Shown: positions 54,365-63,616, counted from the first letter of the stretch. The stretch is 64,000 nucleotides of DNA from Candidatus Peregrinibacteria bacterium GW2011_GWF2_39_17 (GCA_000993615.1 LBWM01000003.1:16125-80124), one strand, 5' to 3'. Notes: generated from the letters alone by a model not told the origin. Made by a program: numbers and translations.

Positions 54365-57276
54365 TAAAATTTTTTGATTATCAGATCAGTCAGTTCGTTT
54401 AAATATTTTTGAAAGTCTTTTATCTTAATTTTATCTTTAAATTCTTTAAGAATTAAAATTTGCACCTCTCTTTTTATATCTTTTAGGAAAGCTTCTCTTT
54501 TTGATGATTCTTGCCATTCTTTATCCAGAATTTCATCGAGCCGAGCAGTTATAACTTTTGCAAATTCGATAAGGTCTTCTTTTGACGTATCTTCAGAAAA
54601 ACCTTCGGTTATGATAAAAATCGCATACTCCTTCAGATCAAGCCCCATGTCTTTAGCTTTGTTTCCAACCTGCTTGATATCTTCCATAAGTTCAAAATAT
54701 GCCTTTATTCTTTCCGCAAGATCGATCTGATTTTGTTCAAAGTCAGCTTTGATAGCCATCAGTCTCTCACTGAATTTTTTAAATACAGGATTTGTTTCAA
54801 TGTTGATCGAAATTTCCCGTTTTAACATTTTCTCAAGATTGACTGCTTTCTCTTCATCATCCATCTTTTCAAGCCTTTCAAGCGTATAAATATCATTGAT
54901 TCTTAATTCTCTAAAATTCTTGGTAATCCCCTCATAATCTACGCTTGATTTAATCAATTCCTGCATTTTACCGCCATATTCGCTTAAGCTGTGGCCACTT
55001 TCCTCAGTTCGATATTCCTTTATGAATGCGATATAAAAACTTGCCAGCCATTCAAACTTACGGAGATAGTCCATCAAAAAAGGGTCGGGTGATAAGATTT
55101 CAAAAAGAATTTTTAGATTATTATAATTGTCATAAAAGAATTGCTGCTTATTTTCATCCTCAAAAAAGAGTTTCAGGCATTTACGCAGATTTTCCATTGA
55201 GGCATCTTCCGTATTCACGCCAACAAATAGGTTGATGATTTCATTAAACAAGTCTGTAAATCGTTTTTTATACTCATTAATGTCAATCATGGCGCTATCA
55301 ATCACACTTTCGTCGAAATTGAGAGCTTCGTGCAAATTTCTCGTGATGCCGTAGTAATCAATTATTTTTCCGCAACCCTTCTCTTTGCTATAAACACGGT
55401 TTGTTCGTGCAATAGCCTGTAAGAGGTTGTGATCACGCAAAGGCTTGTCCAAATACATTACCTGCTCAATCGGTGCGTCAAAACCCGTTAGAAGCATGTC
55501 ACAGATTATTAAGAATCGTAGAGGATCATCCTTGCTCTTAAAAGCATCAATAATTCTTTCCCGATCACTTTTACTCGTGTTGTATCTTTTTAATTGTTCA
55601 TCATCGCTGTTTGGATCCCCTGGCGAATAAACCACTTTTGACCATTCTTTTGGGATTAACTCATCGAGCAGTTTTTTATACATCGCACAAGCTTCACGGT
55701 CATAACAAACAATCTGCGCCTTGAATCCGTTAGGCTCAATATAAAGTTTAAAATGCTCAACGATATCTAAAGCCACGGCTCTCATTCTTTTTTCAAGCTT
55801 CACTAAAGCTGATTTTTTGCCATATTTTTTAATCAATTCTTGTTTTTCTTCATCGGAAAGATCACCGGTTAATTCTTCAAATTGCCCATCAACATGGTCT
55901 TCATCGAGAAAGAATTTTGATAGTCGCGCTTCATAAGTTACGGGCAATGTGGCGCCGTCTTCGATAGCCTGTTGGATTGAATAGTAATCAAGATACCTCT
56001 CTCCTTCCTCTCCAAAGTTTCGGTGAGTGTTCAGTGTCTTTTTATCAATCGGTGTCCCCGTAAAGCCGAAAAAGAAGGCATTTTTCATTGTGCTTCGCAA
56101 TTTTATCGCCGCAATACCTTCATTGTCGCGATGCGCTTCATCACAAAGCACAATCAGGTTATCATCCAGATTTTCCACATCTTTTCCAAGCTCGTTGAAT
56201 TTTTGAATGGTAGAAATGAAAATCCCTCGTTCCGGAGATTTTATTTTTTGCTCCAGATCACGGCGAGAAGTCGCCCGTTCAACATTTTTACCGCCGCAAT
56301 TGATAAAGGTTTCAAAAATCTGGTCATCCAGATCAATACGATCTACAAGAATAAAAACTTTAGGATTTTTTAAACGCGGCTCAAAGCGCAGTTTCCATGC
56401 AGTATAAAACATGGTGATGCTCTTTCCGCTGCCTTGAGTGTGCCAAACCAAGCCTTTTTTCTTCTTACCTTCGATAACCCGCTGCACAATCAAATTCGTT
56501 GCTCTCAATTGTTGATAGCGGCAGATTTTTTTTGACGTTCGCCCTTTTTCTTTCTCGAAAACAAGGAAATTTTTAATGATGTCTAAAAGATTTTCCTGCT
56601 TAAAAAGAGCCACCAGCGTCATTTCAAGATTGCCGCCCGCAACTTCTTCAAAATCATCATCACGCCATTGAAAGAAATACTGTTTTGGTGACCCCGTGGC
56701 TCCGTAAACTGTTTTCAAACCATCTGTAGCCACATTAAAACAGTTCGGCAAAAACAATTTGCGCGCATTTCTCTCATATCGCTTAATCTGATCAATCCCT
56801 TTTTCATAATTGACGGAAAAAGAAGCGGTTGGACTTTTGGCCTCAATATCGGCAATCGGCAAACCATTTAAAAATACAATCATATCCGGCCGGATATTTT
56901 CTTCATTTCCTTCAAAAATAAATTGGTTAGTGACGACAAAATGGTTGTTCTCGGGATTATCAAAGTCTACTATTTTATAATCCCTCATCGTTCTTGTTTT
57001 TGGATCCTGTAGATTCACACCGTTTCGCATCACCTCCAAAAATCCTTCATTGGTCTCGATTTTTTTGATTTCACGTACAACATTTTCCACCTCTGTATCA
57101 TCCTCAAGCTGATTGATTCGTTTAATTGCGACTTTGAGGTGCGGAATAATCAAATATTCCGTCTCAAACTCCCGCAGTTTCTTAAAATCTTCCGGCTTAA
57201 TATATTCATATCCAAGATCGTGCTCAAAAAATGAGATGATATGATTTTCGACGGTGTATTGTTCGTTGAAGCGCAT
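54364..57276 (-). CDS. hsdR: Type I restriction subunit R
   Basis: RPD...IEAKS, WHTQGSGKS, DEAHR, GFTGTPI, MLLTGFD, QAIARTNR. Confidence 0.96.
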   Translation of the reverse strand: MRFNEQYTVENHIISFFEHDLGYEYIKPEDFKKLREFETEYLIIPHLKVAIKRINQLEDDTEVENVVREIKKIETNEGFLEVMRNGVNLQDPKTRTMRDYKIVDFDNPENNHFVVTNQFIFEGNEENIRPDMIVFLNGLPIADIEAKSPTASFSVNYEKGIDQIKRYERNARKLFLPNCFNVATDGLKTVYGATGSPKQYFFQWRDDDFEEVAGGNLEMTLVALFKQENLLDIIKNFLVFEKEKGRTSKKICRYQQLRATNLIVQRVIEGKKKKGLVWHTQGSGKSITMFYTAWKLRFEPRLKNPKVFILVDRIDLDDQIFETFINCGGKNVERATSRRDLEQKIKSPERGIFISTIQKFNELGKDVENLDDNLIVLCDEAHRDNEGIAAIKLRSTMKNAFFFGFTGTPIDKKTLNTHRNFGEEGERYLDYYSIQQAIEDGATLPVTYEARLSKFFLDEDHVDGQFEELTGDLSDEEKQELIKKYGKKSALVKLEKRMRAVALDIVEHFKLYIEPNGFKAQIVCYDREACAMYKKLLDELIPKEWSKVVYSPGDPNSDDEQLKRYNTSKSDRERIIDAFKSKDDPLRFLIICDMLLTGFDAPIEQVMYLDKPLRDHNLLQAIARTNRVYSKEKGCGKIIDYYGITRNLHEALNFDESVIDSAMIDINEYKKRFTDLFNEIINLFVGVNTEDASMENLRKCLKLFFEDENKQQFFYDNYNNLKILFEILSPDPFLMDYLRKFEWLASFYIAFIKEYRTEESGHSLSEYGGKMQELIKSSVDYEGITKNFRELRINDIYTLERLEKMDDEEKAVNLEKMLKREISINIETNPVFKKFSERLMAIKADFEQNQIDLAERIKAYFELMEDIKQVGNKAKDMGLDLKEYAIFIITEGFSEDTSKEDLIEFAKVITARLDEILDKEWQESSKREAFLKDIKREVQILILKEFKDKIKIKDFQKYLNELTDLIIKKF

Positions 57277-58124
57277 TAAATAACGTGGTTAATATATCGA
57301 AGTAATAGACCTGTCTGATAAATCAAAAACTCATTTTCGGCATCATCCAATTCGCCATCATTGTGCTTACTATTCTCATTAAAATATTGATCGAGATAGC
57401 TAAAAATTTGAACAATTATATTTCTAATTTGAGCATCAACATGAGCGGTTTTAAGCGTTTTACTTAATTCATTTTTATTCTCCTTTAACCCTTTTTTATT
57501 TTTCAACTTCAATCTGAGAAATTCTTCTAAAGCCCTTCTCAAGCCTTCGGCAGATTTTATATAGTGTTTAGCCTGATAAAACTTGAGTGCATCTGTAAAA
57601 TGCGTATTACTTTGCGCATCTAGGAAATCCATCACTCTATTTACAAGAACTTCATCAAGAATTCCTTCGCCTTTTGGATAGAAAATAATTTCTCCATTAT
57701 CAAGTTTTGCTATTGCAAGATTTACATTTGAGAACTCAAGTGATTTCCAAAGTTTTACGTATAAAATTTCCTTGCTATAACTGTTTTGCCCGCTATACCC
57801 CGACCTAGTTCTAATGTCGAGAGAAAAAATAATTTGCAATAATTTATAGAATTCTATTTCATCATTTTCTTTCATCAATCTGTCTTTGATATTTGTGCCC
57901 CATGCCCGATTGTAAGGGTCGAATTTATCATGATGCCATTTCTCAGGGATTCCCAAGAATTGGCAAAAAATAGCTACACTTGATTCAGTGACGTGAGAAT
58001 CAATATCACTCATAAAATTCAAAATTCGAATTTTGAATTTTCTAAATTCTTCTTGTGAATTTATTGCAATATCTGGCAATTTCCACCGCTGGTTAAATTT
58101 TTTAATCATATCTTTTAAACTCAT
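57276..58124 (-). CDS. Hypothetical protein, possibly Abi/HEPN-like C-terminus
   Basis: LRRALEEFLR...YFNENSKHND...AENEF resembles Abi_C/AbiJ-type C-termini. It is translationally coupled to hsdR. Confidence 0.5.
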   Translation of the reverse strand: MSLKDMIKKFNQRWKLPDIAINSQEEFRKFKIRILNFMSDIDSHVTESSVAIFCQFLGIPEKWHHDKFDPYNRAWGTNIKDRLMKENDEIEFYKLLQIIFSLDIRTRSGYSGQNSYSKEILYVKLWKSLEFSNVNLAIAKLDNGEIIFYPKGEGILDEVLVNRVMDFLDAQSNTHFTDALKFYQAKHYIKSAEGLRRALEEFLRLKLKNKKGLKENKNELSKTLKTAHVDAQIRNIIVQIFSYLDQYFNENSKHNDGELDDAENEFLIYQTGLLLRYINHVI

Positions 58125-58129
58125 AGTTT

Positions 58130-59368
58130 TTAATTATTAACTCTTACCTTCCCACTCAAAAGGTCATTCATAAGGCCTTTTTTGAGTTTTAGTAAATTAG
58201 ATTTTGTTTTTTCGTTGATGACAAGGCGGCCATCAATTGCATCTAAAATTTTAGCAATTTGTTCCTGTTCAGTTACGGGAGGAACAGGCACAAAACATTT
58301 AAGAACTTCATCTTTTCTTAAATTAGTTTGGCCAACACCATTATCAAAATTCAAAAAATAGCTATTCCTGCTTAGTACATAAAAATAGAATTTTGGATTG
58401 CCGTTAATTGGTCTTAAGGCACAGATTCTTTGATTGAGTGTGTATTTATTATCCTCTAATACCAAAAAACACTTACCTAATGCTTTACCATTCGGAACAT
58501 CACTCATCACCATAACAATATCGCCAGCTGATAGAGGCTTTAAGTTGTCATTTGAATATTTCACTACTGCTCCGTCTGAAGATATAAATTTTGAATTTAT
58601 TACTATATAATTACCATTTTCTGCGATTTGCTTCTCATGCGCTTTGCCATTTTTGAATCTGCATACTTTGCTCAATTCTTCCACCTCCCACTCCTCCGGA
58701 ATCTCTCCAAGCTCGGTTTGCTTGAATTTTGTGTGTCCGATTCCTTTCGTCAAAAGTTTCTGCATCAACCCTTTCTTCAATTTTTCCGTTTGCTCTATAA
58801 TTTGTTCGACTTTTTCGATTTCTTCGTCGACTCTGGAGAAAATGGAGGCGATGCGGGTTTGTTCGGGCAGAGAAGGAAGGGAAATATCTAAAGATGATAA
58901 TGATTTGAGTTGTAGATGTAAAACCGTTGAACCGCTCGAAATACTTCTCATGAATTGCCTGACGCTATCCTGCAATAGATAGTAATACAAATAATGTTTA
59001 ATTACTTGATTTCCATCTATGTCAATTACTGATAAATCCATAGATATTAAAACCGAATTACTCGAAAGATGGGGCATGAATAGCGGCGCTCCAATAATGT
59101 CGCCGGCTCTGGTTAAATCCGTATTTGCGATGATTAAATCTCCACTTTCTACAACATTTGATTGATCATATTTCCCCTTATAAAATTTGACTCCATCTTT
59201 GTTGAACCCTCCTCCTTTTGAAATACACTTAAGAGTTACAAAAACCAGTCCATTCTTTTCATCACCATAATCAACGCTTTTGTAAGTGAGGCCTTTTCTG
59301 ATTCTGGCAATTTCAGTTAAACCTTTTTTTTTCCACCCCGCTGGTATTTGTTGAGCTGTTTTTGTCAT
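58130..59368 (-). CDS. hsdS: Type I specificity subunit S
   Basis: Two TRDs, IPAGW/IPEEW, PSLPEQ/PPVTEQ, LKKGLMQKLLT. Confidence 0.95.
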   Translation of the reverse strand: MTKTAQQIPAGWKKKGLTEIARIRKGLTYKSVDYGDEKNGLVFVTLKCISKGGGFNKDGVKFYKGKYDQSNVVESGDLIIANTDLTRAGDIIGAPLFMPHLSSNSVLISMDLSVIDIDGNQVIKHYLYYYLLQDSVRQFMRSISSGSTVLHLQLKSLSSLDISLPSLPEQTRIASIFSRVDEEIEKVEQIIEQTEKLKKGLMQKLLTKGIGHTKFKQTELGEIPEEWEVEELSKVCRFKNGKAHEKQIAENGNYIVINSKFISSDGAVVKYSNDNLKPLSAGDIVMVMSDVPNGKALGKCFLVLEDNKYTLNQRICALRPINGNPKFYFYVLSRNSYFLNFDNGVGQTNLRKDEVLKCFVPVPPVTEQEQIAKILDAIDGRLVINEKTKSNLLKLKKGLMNDLLSGKVRVNN

Positions 59369-59384
59369 AATCGAATTTAGAAAA

Positions 59385-59550
59385 TTATCGCCTCAAATCA
59401 AGCAAATCCATAACGAACTTGTGCATTTTGATAATGGTTGCTTTTGAATATTTCAGTATTTCTTGCACTTTTTTCATCACTGATTCTAGCCTCAGAATAA
59501 GGCCACTGCTCGGCCCAAAGCTGATCGCGTTGTTTTTGAGTTAACTTCAT
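59385..59550 (-). pseudogene. Probable internally deleted gene relic
   Basis: ATG overlaps the rhuM stop (ATGA). Frame 1 reads MKLTQKQRDQLWAEQWPYSEA. A second frame reads KKVQEILKYSKATIIKMHKFVMDLLDLRR* and ends just before hsdS. Confidence 0.4.
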
Positions 59551-60554
59551 TTTTTCTTCTTAAGAAATTTCTTTGTTTCCTTGTCAAAATCCGACTCAAA
59601 CTGCTTGTCCTGAATAATCCTGAACTTTTCATACTCGTTTTCGGCCAATTCTTTAGCAACCTTTGCCGAAACTTTGCCTGGATTATTTAGAATTTCATAT
59701 TCATTGAATTGCAAGAAAGCATCAAGCTTTTCTCTCCAGTTTTTCATCGTCATCAACCTGCCGTTTTCCGCCTGATTTTCACCATAAATCAGGTACATCT
59801 CCACAATGCGATTCAATTTTCCTATTTCATCCTGATTGAGGTAATTTTTAGCAATCGAAACATCCGATTTTAAGATTTTGCCTTTGGGTGAATGTTTCCA
59901 TGTGGTGAGTCCCATAAGTGGTTTCTTGCTGTCAGCCCTCATCGCAACAATTTCTGCAGCCGTTTGTCCAGTAATAGCCCAATGAAGTTTATTTTGTACA
60001 GTGGCAAAAAATTCCTGAGTTAATTCGTCATTTGCATCATAATCAATACTTGTTGCATAAAGATCTGTAATTTTCTGATAAAACCGCCTCTCGCTGGCAC
60101 GGATTTCTCGAATACGCTCAAGTAAACTTTCAAAATAATCTTTGTCGAAATGACTGCCATTTTTAAGTCTTTCATCATCCAGAACAAAGCCCTTGATGAT
60201 AAATTCACGCAAAGTTTGAGTCGCCCAAATACGGAATTTGGTAGCTCGTGTAGAATTAACCCTATAGCCAACCGAAATAATAGCGTCGAGATTATAAAAA
60301 CTTGTAAGATATTCTTTCCCATCTTCGGCAGTTGTTCGAATTTTTCGAATAACTGAATCCTCAGTCAATTCGCCACTTTTAAAGATTTCTTTCAAATGAT
60401 AGTTAATTGTATTTACCTCTACACCAAATAATTCCGCCATCTTTTTTTGTCTTAGCCACACGGTTTCATCTTGAAAAAAAACATCAATTTTCACATCGCC
60501 TTCCGGCGTTGTGTAAAGGATTATGTTTGATTGTTGTGGTTTGTGATCTGTCAT
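59547..60554 (-). CDS. Virulence RhuM-family DNA-binding protein
   Basis: TVWL.QK.MAELF, YNLDAIISVGYRVNS.RATKFRIWA, IRASERRFYQKITD, VQNKLH. Confidence 0.92.
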   Translation of the reverse strand: MTDHKPQQSNIILYTTPEGDVKIDVFFQDETVWLRQKKMAELFGVEVNTINYHLKEIFKSGELTEDSVIRKIRTTAEDGKEYLTSFYNLDAIISVGYRVNSTRATKFRIWATQTLREFIIKGFVLDDERLKNGSHFDKDYFESLLERIREIRASERRFYQKITDLYATSIDYDANDELTQEFFATVQNKLHWAITGQTAAEIVAMRADSKKPLMGLTTWKHSPKGKILKSDVSIAKNYLNQDEIGKLNRIVEMYLIYGENQAENGRLMTMKNWREKLDAFLQFNEYEILNNPGKVSAKVAKELAENEYEKFRIIQDKQFESDFDKETKKFLKKKK

Positions 60555-60575
60555 GATGTATCTTGTTAAATATCC

Positions 60576-60624
60576 AAGTTGTGACAATTTGTTACGGTTT
60601 AAACGTATCGAATTCGACACGGTT
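60576..60624. repeat. Two tandem ~24-nt imperfect palindromes between hsdM and rhuM
   Basis: AAGTTGTGACAATTTGTTACGGTTT and AAACGTATCGAATTCGACACGGTT. Confidence 0.55.
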
Positions 60625-62308
60625 AATATTTCAATTCCTTCAAATATCCCTCCACTTCCTTATCTATTTGGCTTCTTTCCTTTTCCAGCTCCTTCAACTC
60701 TCCCCAAACTTCACTTACGTTGATTTCCTCCTCCTCTTCTCCATTTTCGATATATCGGCGGACATTCAGATTGAATTCATTTTTCTCAATTTCTTTTAGA
60801 TCAACAATGCGTGCGAATTTTTCAATATCTTTGTAGTCATCATAGGCGCTTACGATTTTGTCGATGTCCTTTTTCCTCAAGCTGTTCTGATTTTTCCCTT
60901 CCGCATAATCTTTTTCAGCATCTATGAAAATGAGTTTATTTTTTTTGTTTTCGGGCTTGTTTCTATTAAAAATCAGAATACAAACGGGAATCCCAACGCC
61001 GTAAAACAGTTTTGAAGGCATTGCTATAATTGCTTCAATCAGATCATTTTTCAAAATTTGTTCACGAATCCGGCCTTCACTGCCGCCCCTGAAAAGCACA
61101 CCGTGAGGGAGTACAACTCCGGCACGTCCATTTTCTTTCATTGATTTAATGATGTGTAATATAAAGACATAGTCTGCGTTTTTATTTGGCGGCATGTCGT
61201 AGCCTGTAAGTCTTCCATAACGATTTGTCTTGAAAAATTCATACGGCCAGTCTTTGATGGAATAGGGAGGATTGGCGACCACTATGTCGAACTGTTTTAA
61301 AGCACCGAAATCGTCTAGAAATTGAGGATCTTGTAATGTATCTCCGCGCCTGATGTCGGCTGCATCCAGGCCGTGCAAAAACATATTTATTTTTGCTATG
61401 GCAAAAGTTCCGAGGTTTATTTCTTGCCCATATAGATAAAGAGTGTTGGCTATTTTTTCATCGGTTTTTTCTCTTAAATGTAGATATGATTCAAGAAGAA
61501 ATCCGCCTGAACCAACGGTCGGATCATATATGTGATTTTTTTCGTGTGGTTTTAGAATATTGATGATGACGCGTTCAATTTCACGGGGGGTATAAAATTC
61601 ACCTCCTTTTTTACCAGCGTCGGCGGCAAATTGCTTTATGAGATATTCATATGCGTCACCGAGTAGGTCGGAATTTATATAGTTACTCCCAAAATTATAT
61701 TGAGAGAAGTGGTTAATAAGCCGTTGGAGAGTATCATTTGGAAACTTGTGTTTATTCGCAAAATCCAGATCGTCGAATATTCTGTCGAGTTTTGGGCTGT
61801 TGGCGTTGGTAAGTTTCGCAAAGTTTTCATTCAACTTTTGTCCGATATTGTCCGCCTGTTGTTCAATTACTATCCATTTGCAGTCTTCCGGAACCTGAAA
61901 ACGGTGGTTGTAATCAGCTTTTGCGAGATTTTTATCGTTAAATTCGTCCATTACTTTTTGATATTCCTCATCCCATACGTCACTTATGCGTTTATAAAAA
62001 AGAAGCCCAAAAATATATTTTTTGTAATCCGAGCTGTCGATCTTTCCCCTTAATATATCTGCACTTTTCCACAAAAACTGTTCAAGCTGTTGGAGCGTGA
62101 GCCTGCTTCCCATTTTGGCAGTTATTGTTTCAATATCTGCCGGACGGTACCTGCGGTCTTGTCGATCTCCGATTCTCAAAGGGACAAGAAGTCCTTTCTT
62201 TTCCCAATTTCGCAAAGTGTCTTGATGAATGCCAAAAATCTCTGAGACCTCACTGATTGAAAGGAGGTCTGGCATTTCTTTTAACTTTTTTTCGATTTCT
62301 CTTTTCAT
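60623..62308 (-). CDS. hsdM: Type I modification subunit M with N-terminal MerR-like HTH
   Basis: LSISEVSEIFGIHQDTLRNWE (HTH), GEFYTP, YDPTVGSGGFL, ANPPY, LPHGVLFRG. Confidence 0.95.
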   Translation of the reverse strand: MKREIEKKLKEMPDLLSISEVSEIFGIHQDTLRNWEKKGLLVPLRIGDRQDRRYRPADIETITAKMGSRLTLQQLEQFLWKSADILRGKIDSSDYKKYIFGLLFYKRISDVWDEEYQKVMDEFNDKNLAKADYNHRFQVPEDCKWIVIEQQADNIGQKLNENFAKLTNANSPKLDRIFDDLDFANKHKFPNDTLQRLINHFSQYNFGSNYINSDLLGDAYEYLIKQFAADAGKKGGEFYTPREIERVIINILKPHEKNHIYDPTVGSGGFLLESYLHLREKTDEKIANTLYLYGQEINLGTFAIAKINMFLHGLDAADIRRGDTLQDPQFLDDFGALKQFDIVVANPPYSIKDWPYEFFKTNRYGRLTGYDMPPNKNADYVFILHIIKSMKENGRAGVVLPHGVLFRGGSEGRIREQILKNDLIEAIIAMPSKLFYGVGIPVCILIFNRNKPENKKNKLIFIDAEKDYAEGKNQNSLRKKDIDKIVSAYDDYKDIEKFARIVDLKEIEKNEFNLNVRRYIENGEEEEEINVSEVWGELKELEKERSQIDKEVEGYLKELKY

Positions 62309-62343
62309 AGTATTACGAAATGTTATTTATTGAAACAAACCCG

Positions 62344-62372
62344 AGTATACAGATGAAAGTTGGAAAAGTCAA
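62344..62372 (-). promoter_or_regulatory. sigma70 promoter of the hsd operon
   Basis: Minus strand TTGACT-17 nt-TATACT. Confidence 0.6.
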
Positions 62373-62473
62373 TATAAAATTTCTTCATAGGTTATCATAG
62401 GTTTAGCATTGACTTTTATTTGGCTGTACCTAATATAGGGGGTGCAATATTTATTTTTTAAACTCTTAAGTTT

Positions 62474-62686
62474 ATGCCAAAAAAGGATACAAATGCGCCA
62501 AACATGCCCGGTCATGCCGCTCGAACTCAACAAGGGAGACTTCGAAAAATAAGGGAAGATACTCAAATGGGGACTCTGAAACAACGCTATCATGTTGACT
62601 TGGGAGTAAGAAGTGATATGGAATGGGGAACTTTCAAGGAAAAGTTTGATATCGATAGCGTTAAGGAGGCCTTAGAAAAAAAATAA
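62474..62686 (+). CDS. Small basic hypothetical protein
   Basis: 70 aa ORF with its own TTGACT-16-TAATAT promoter (62409-62436), divergent from hsdM. Confidence 0.65.
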   Translation: MPKKDTNAPNMPGHAARTQQGRLRKIREDTQMGTLKQRYHVDLGVRSDMEWGTFKEKFDIDSVKEALEKK

Positions 62687-62717
62687 GGATAAATAAATCT
62701 CCCTAACCCATCCCAAT

Positions 62718-62912
62718 GCCCGTCCTTTTCCGTGTCGAATTTTCACAAAGCCCCCTTTCGGGCGGCGCGAGGAGTTGTGCGTGGGTGCGCCAGCGTGCGT
62801 TGCCCCCTTTCAGCGCACGCTGTGGCACAGAGTTCAACAAAAAATCTCTGGAGGCTAGCCTCCAGATGCTTTAAAATGAGTCCGAACTTCTTCATAGAGG
62901 CAGCTCCAAGCA
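62718..62912 (-). repeat. Right inverted repeat arm
   Basis: Reverse complement of the 53573-53741 blocks. Its middle part is longer and has its own hairpin. Confidence 0.95.
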
Positions 62913-63010
62913 GTAAATCGCGATTTTTCGGACGCGGCGGCCCACGGAAAACCCAATTCCACAACGTCTTTTTGGCCGATGATGTGGAAGTTCGCCGCGC
63001 GGAGCGCGGA

Positions 63011-63054
63011 ATAAAACCGAATGGTAAAATGAACAGGATACCATTCGGTTTTAT
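63011..63054 (+). promoter_or_regulatory. Perfect 16-bp inverted repeat enclosing an extended -10 upstream of the recombinase
   Basis: ATAAAACCGAATGGTA-N12-TACCATTCGGTTTTAT, containing TGGTAAAAT. Confidence 0.6.
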
Positions 63055-63129
63055 AGCCAATTTTTTACTTTTTGCCGAAGGCAAAACTTCTAAATTTCCA
63101 GTTAAAGAAAACGACAACCAATCAAGCCT

Positions 63130-63400
63130 ATGAAGTATTTTATCTATGCCAGAAAATCTACGGATGAAAATGACCGCCAAGTTCTCTCTATTGAAGGACA
63201 AGTAACGGAATTACGAGAATTTGCCGTAAAAGAAAAACTGGAAGTCATTGATGAATTTATAGAAAGCAAAACGGCAAAGGTGCCCGGCAGACCAATTTTC
63301 AACAAAATGATCAAAAAAATAGGACTTAACGGTCATGCGGATAACGTAGGAATTTTAGCGTGGCATCCCGACAGATTGGCAAGAAACAGCATAGATGGCT
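63130..63400 (+). pseudogene. Serine recombinase N-terminal fragment truncated at the tRNA
   Basis: YARKST catalytic Ser motif, SAK-like TAKVPGRP, WHPDRLARN. Residues after RNSIDG are antisense tRNA. Confidence 0.88.
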
Positions 63401-63474
63401 TGGAGCGGATGACGGGAATCGAACCCGTGCCTCAACCTTGGGAAGGTCGCGTACTACCATTATACTACATCCGC
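63401..63474 (-). tRNA. tRNA-Gly(CCC)
   Basis: GCGGATG/CATCCGC acceptor stem, anticodon loop TTCCCAA, GTTCGATT T-loop, encoded CCA, 74 nt. Confidence 0.97.
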
Positions 63475-63616
63475 AATTTATTTTTTGTGCTTTGGAGCGC
63501 AAATATTTGTCGCTTTTTTTAATTTCTTTTCTTTTGAATTTTAGGCAAAAACCCGACGTAAAACAAGCCTTTAAAACCTGCTTAAAATTTCCTTTAAAAA
63601 AACCCGTAAAAAAATA

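Larger units (their letters stand above)
53574..63406. mobile_element. Genomic island integrated at the tRNA-Gly 3' end, carrying a type I R-M locus and a recombinase relic
   Basis: Direct GCTTGGAGC at 53574-53582 and 63398-63406 (the latter overlaps the tRNA CCA end), adjacent serine recombinase fragment, defence cargo. Confidence 0.7.

Noticed and set aside
58130..59368. hsdS TRD shufflon
   Set aside because: Only one hsdS, and no silent TRD cassettes or internal inverted repeats were seen
62732..63201. ORFs 62732-63133(+) and 62743-63201(-)
   Set aside because: They span repeat and promoter hairpins and have no protein motifs
63401..63522. C-terminal 40 aa of the 130-aa recombinase ORF as genuine
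   Set aside because: It is the antisense translation of tRNA-Gly and its upstream DNA
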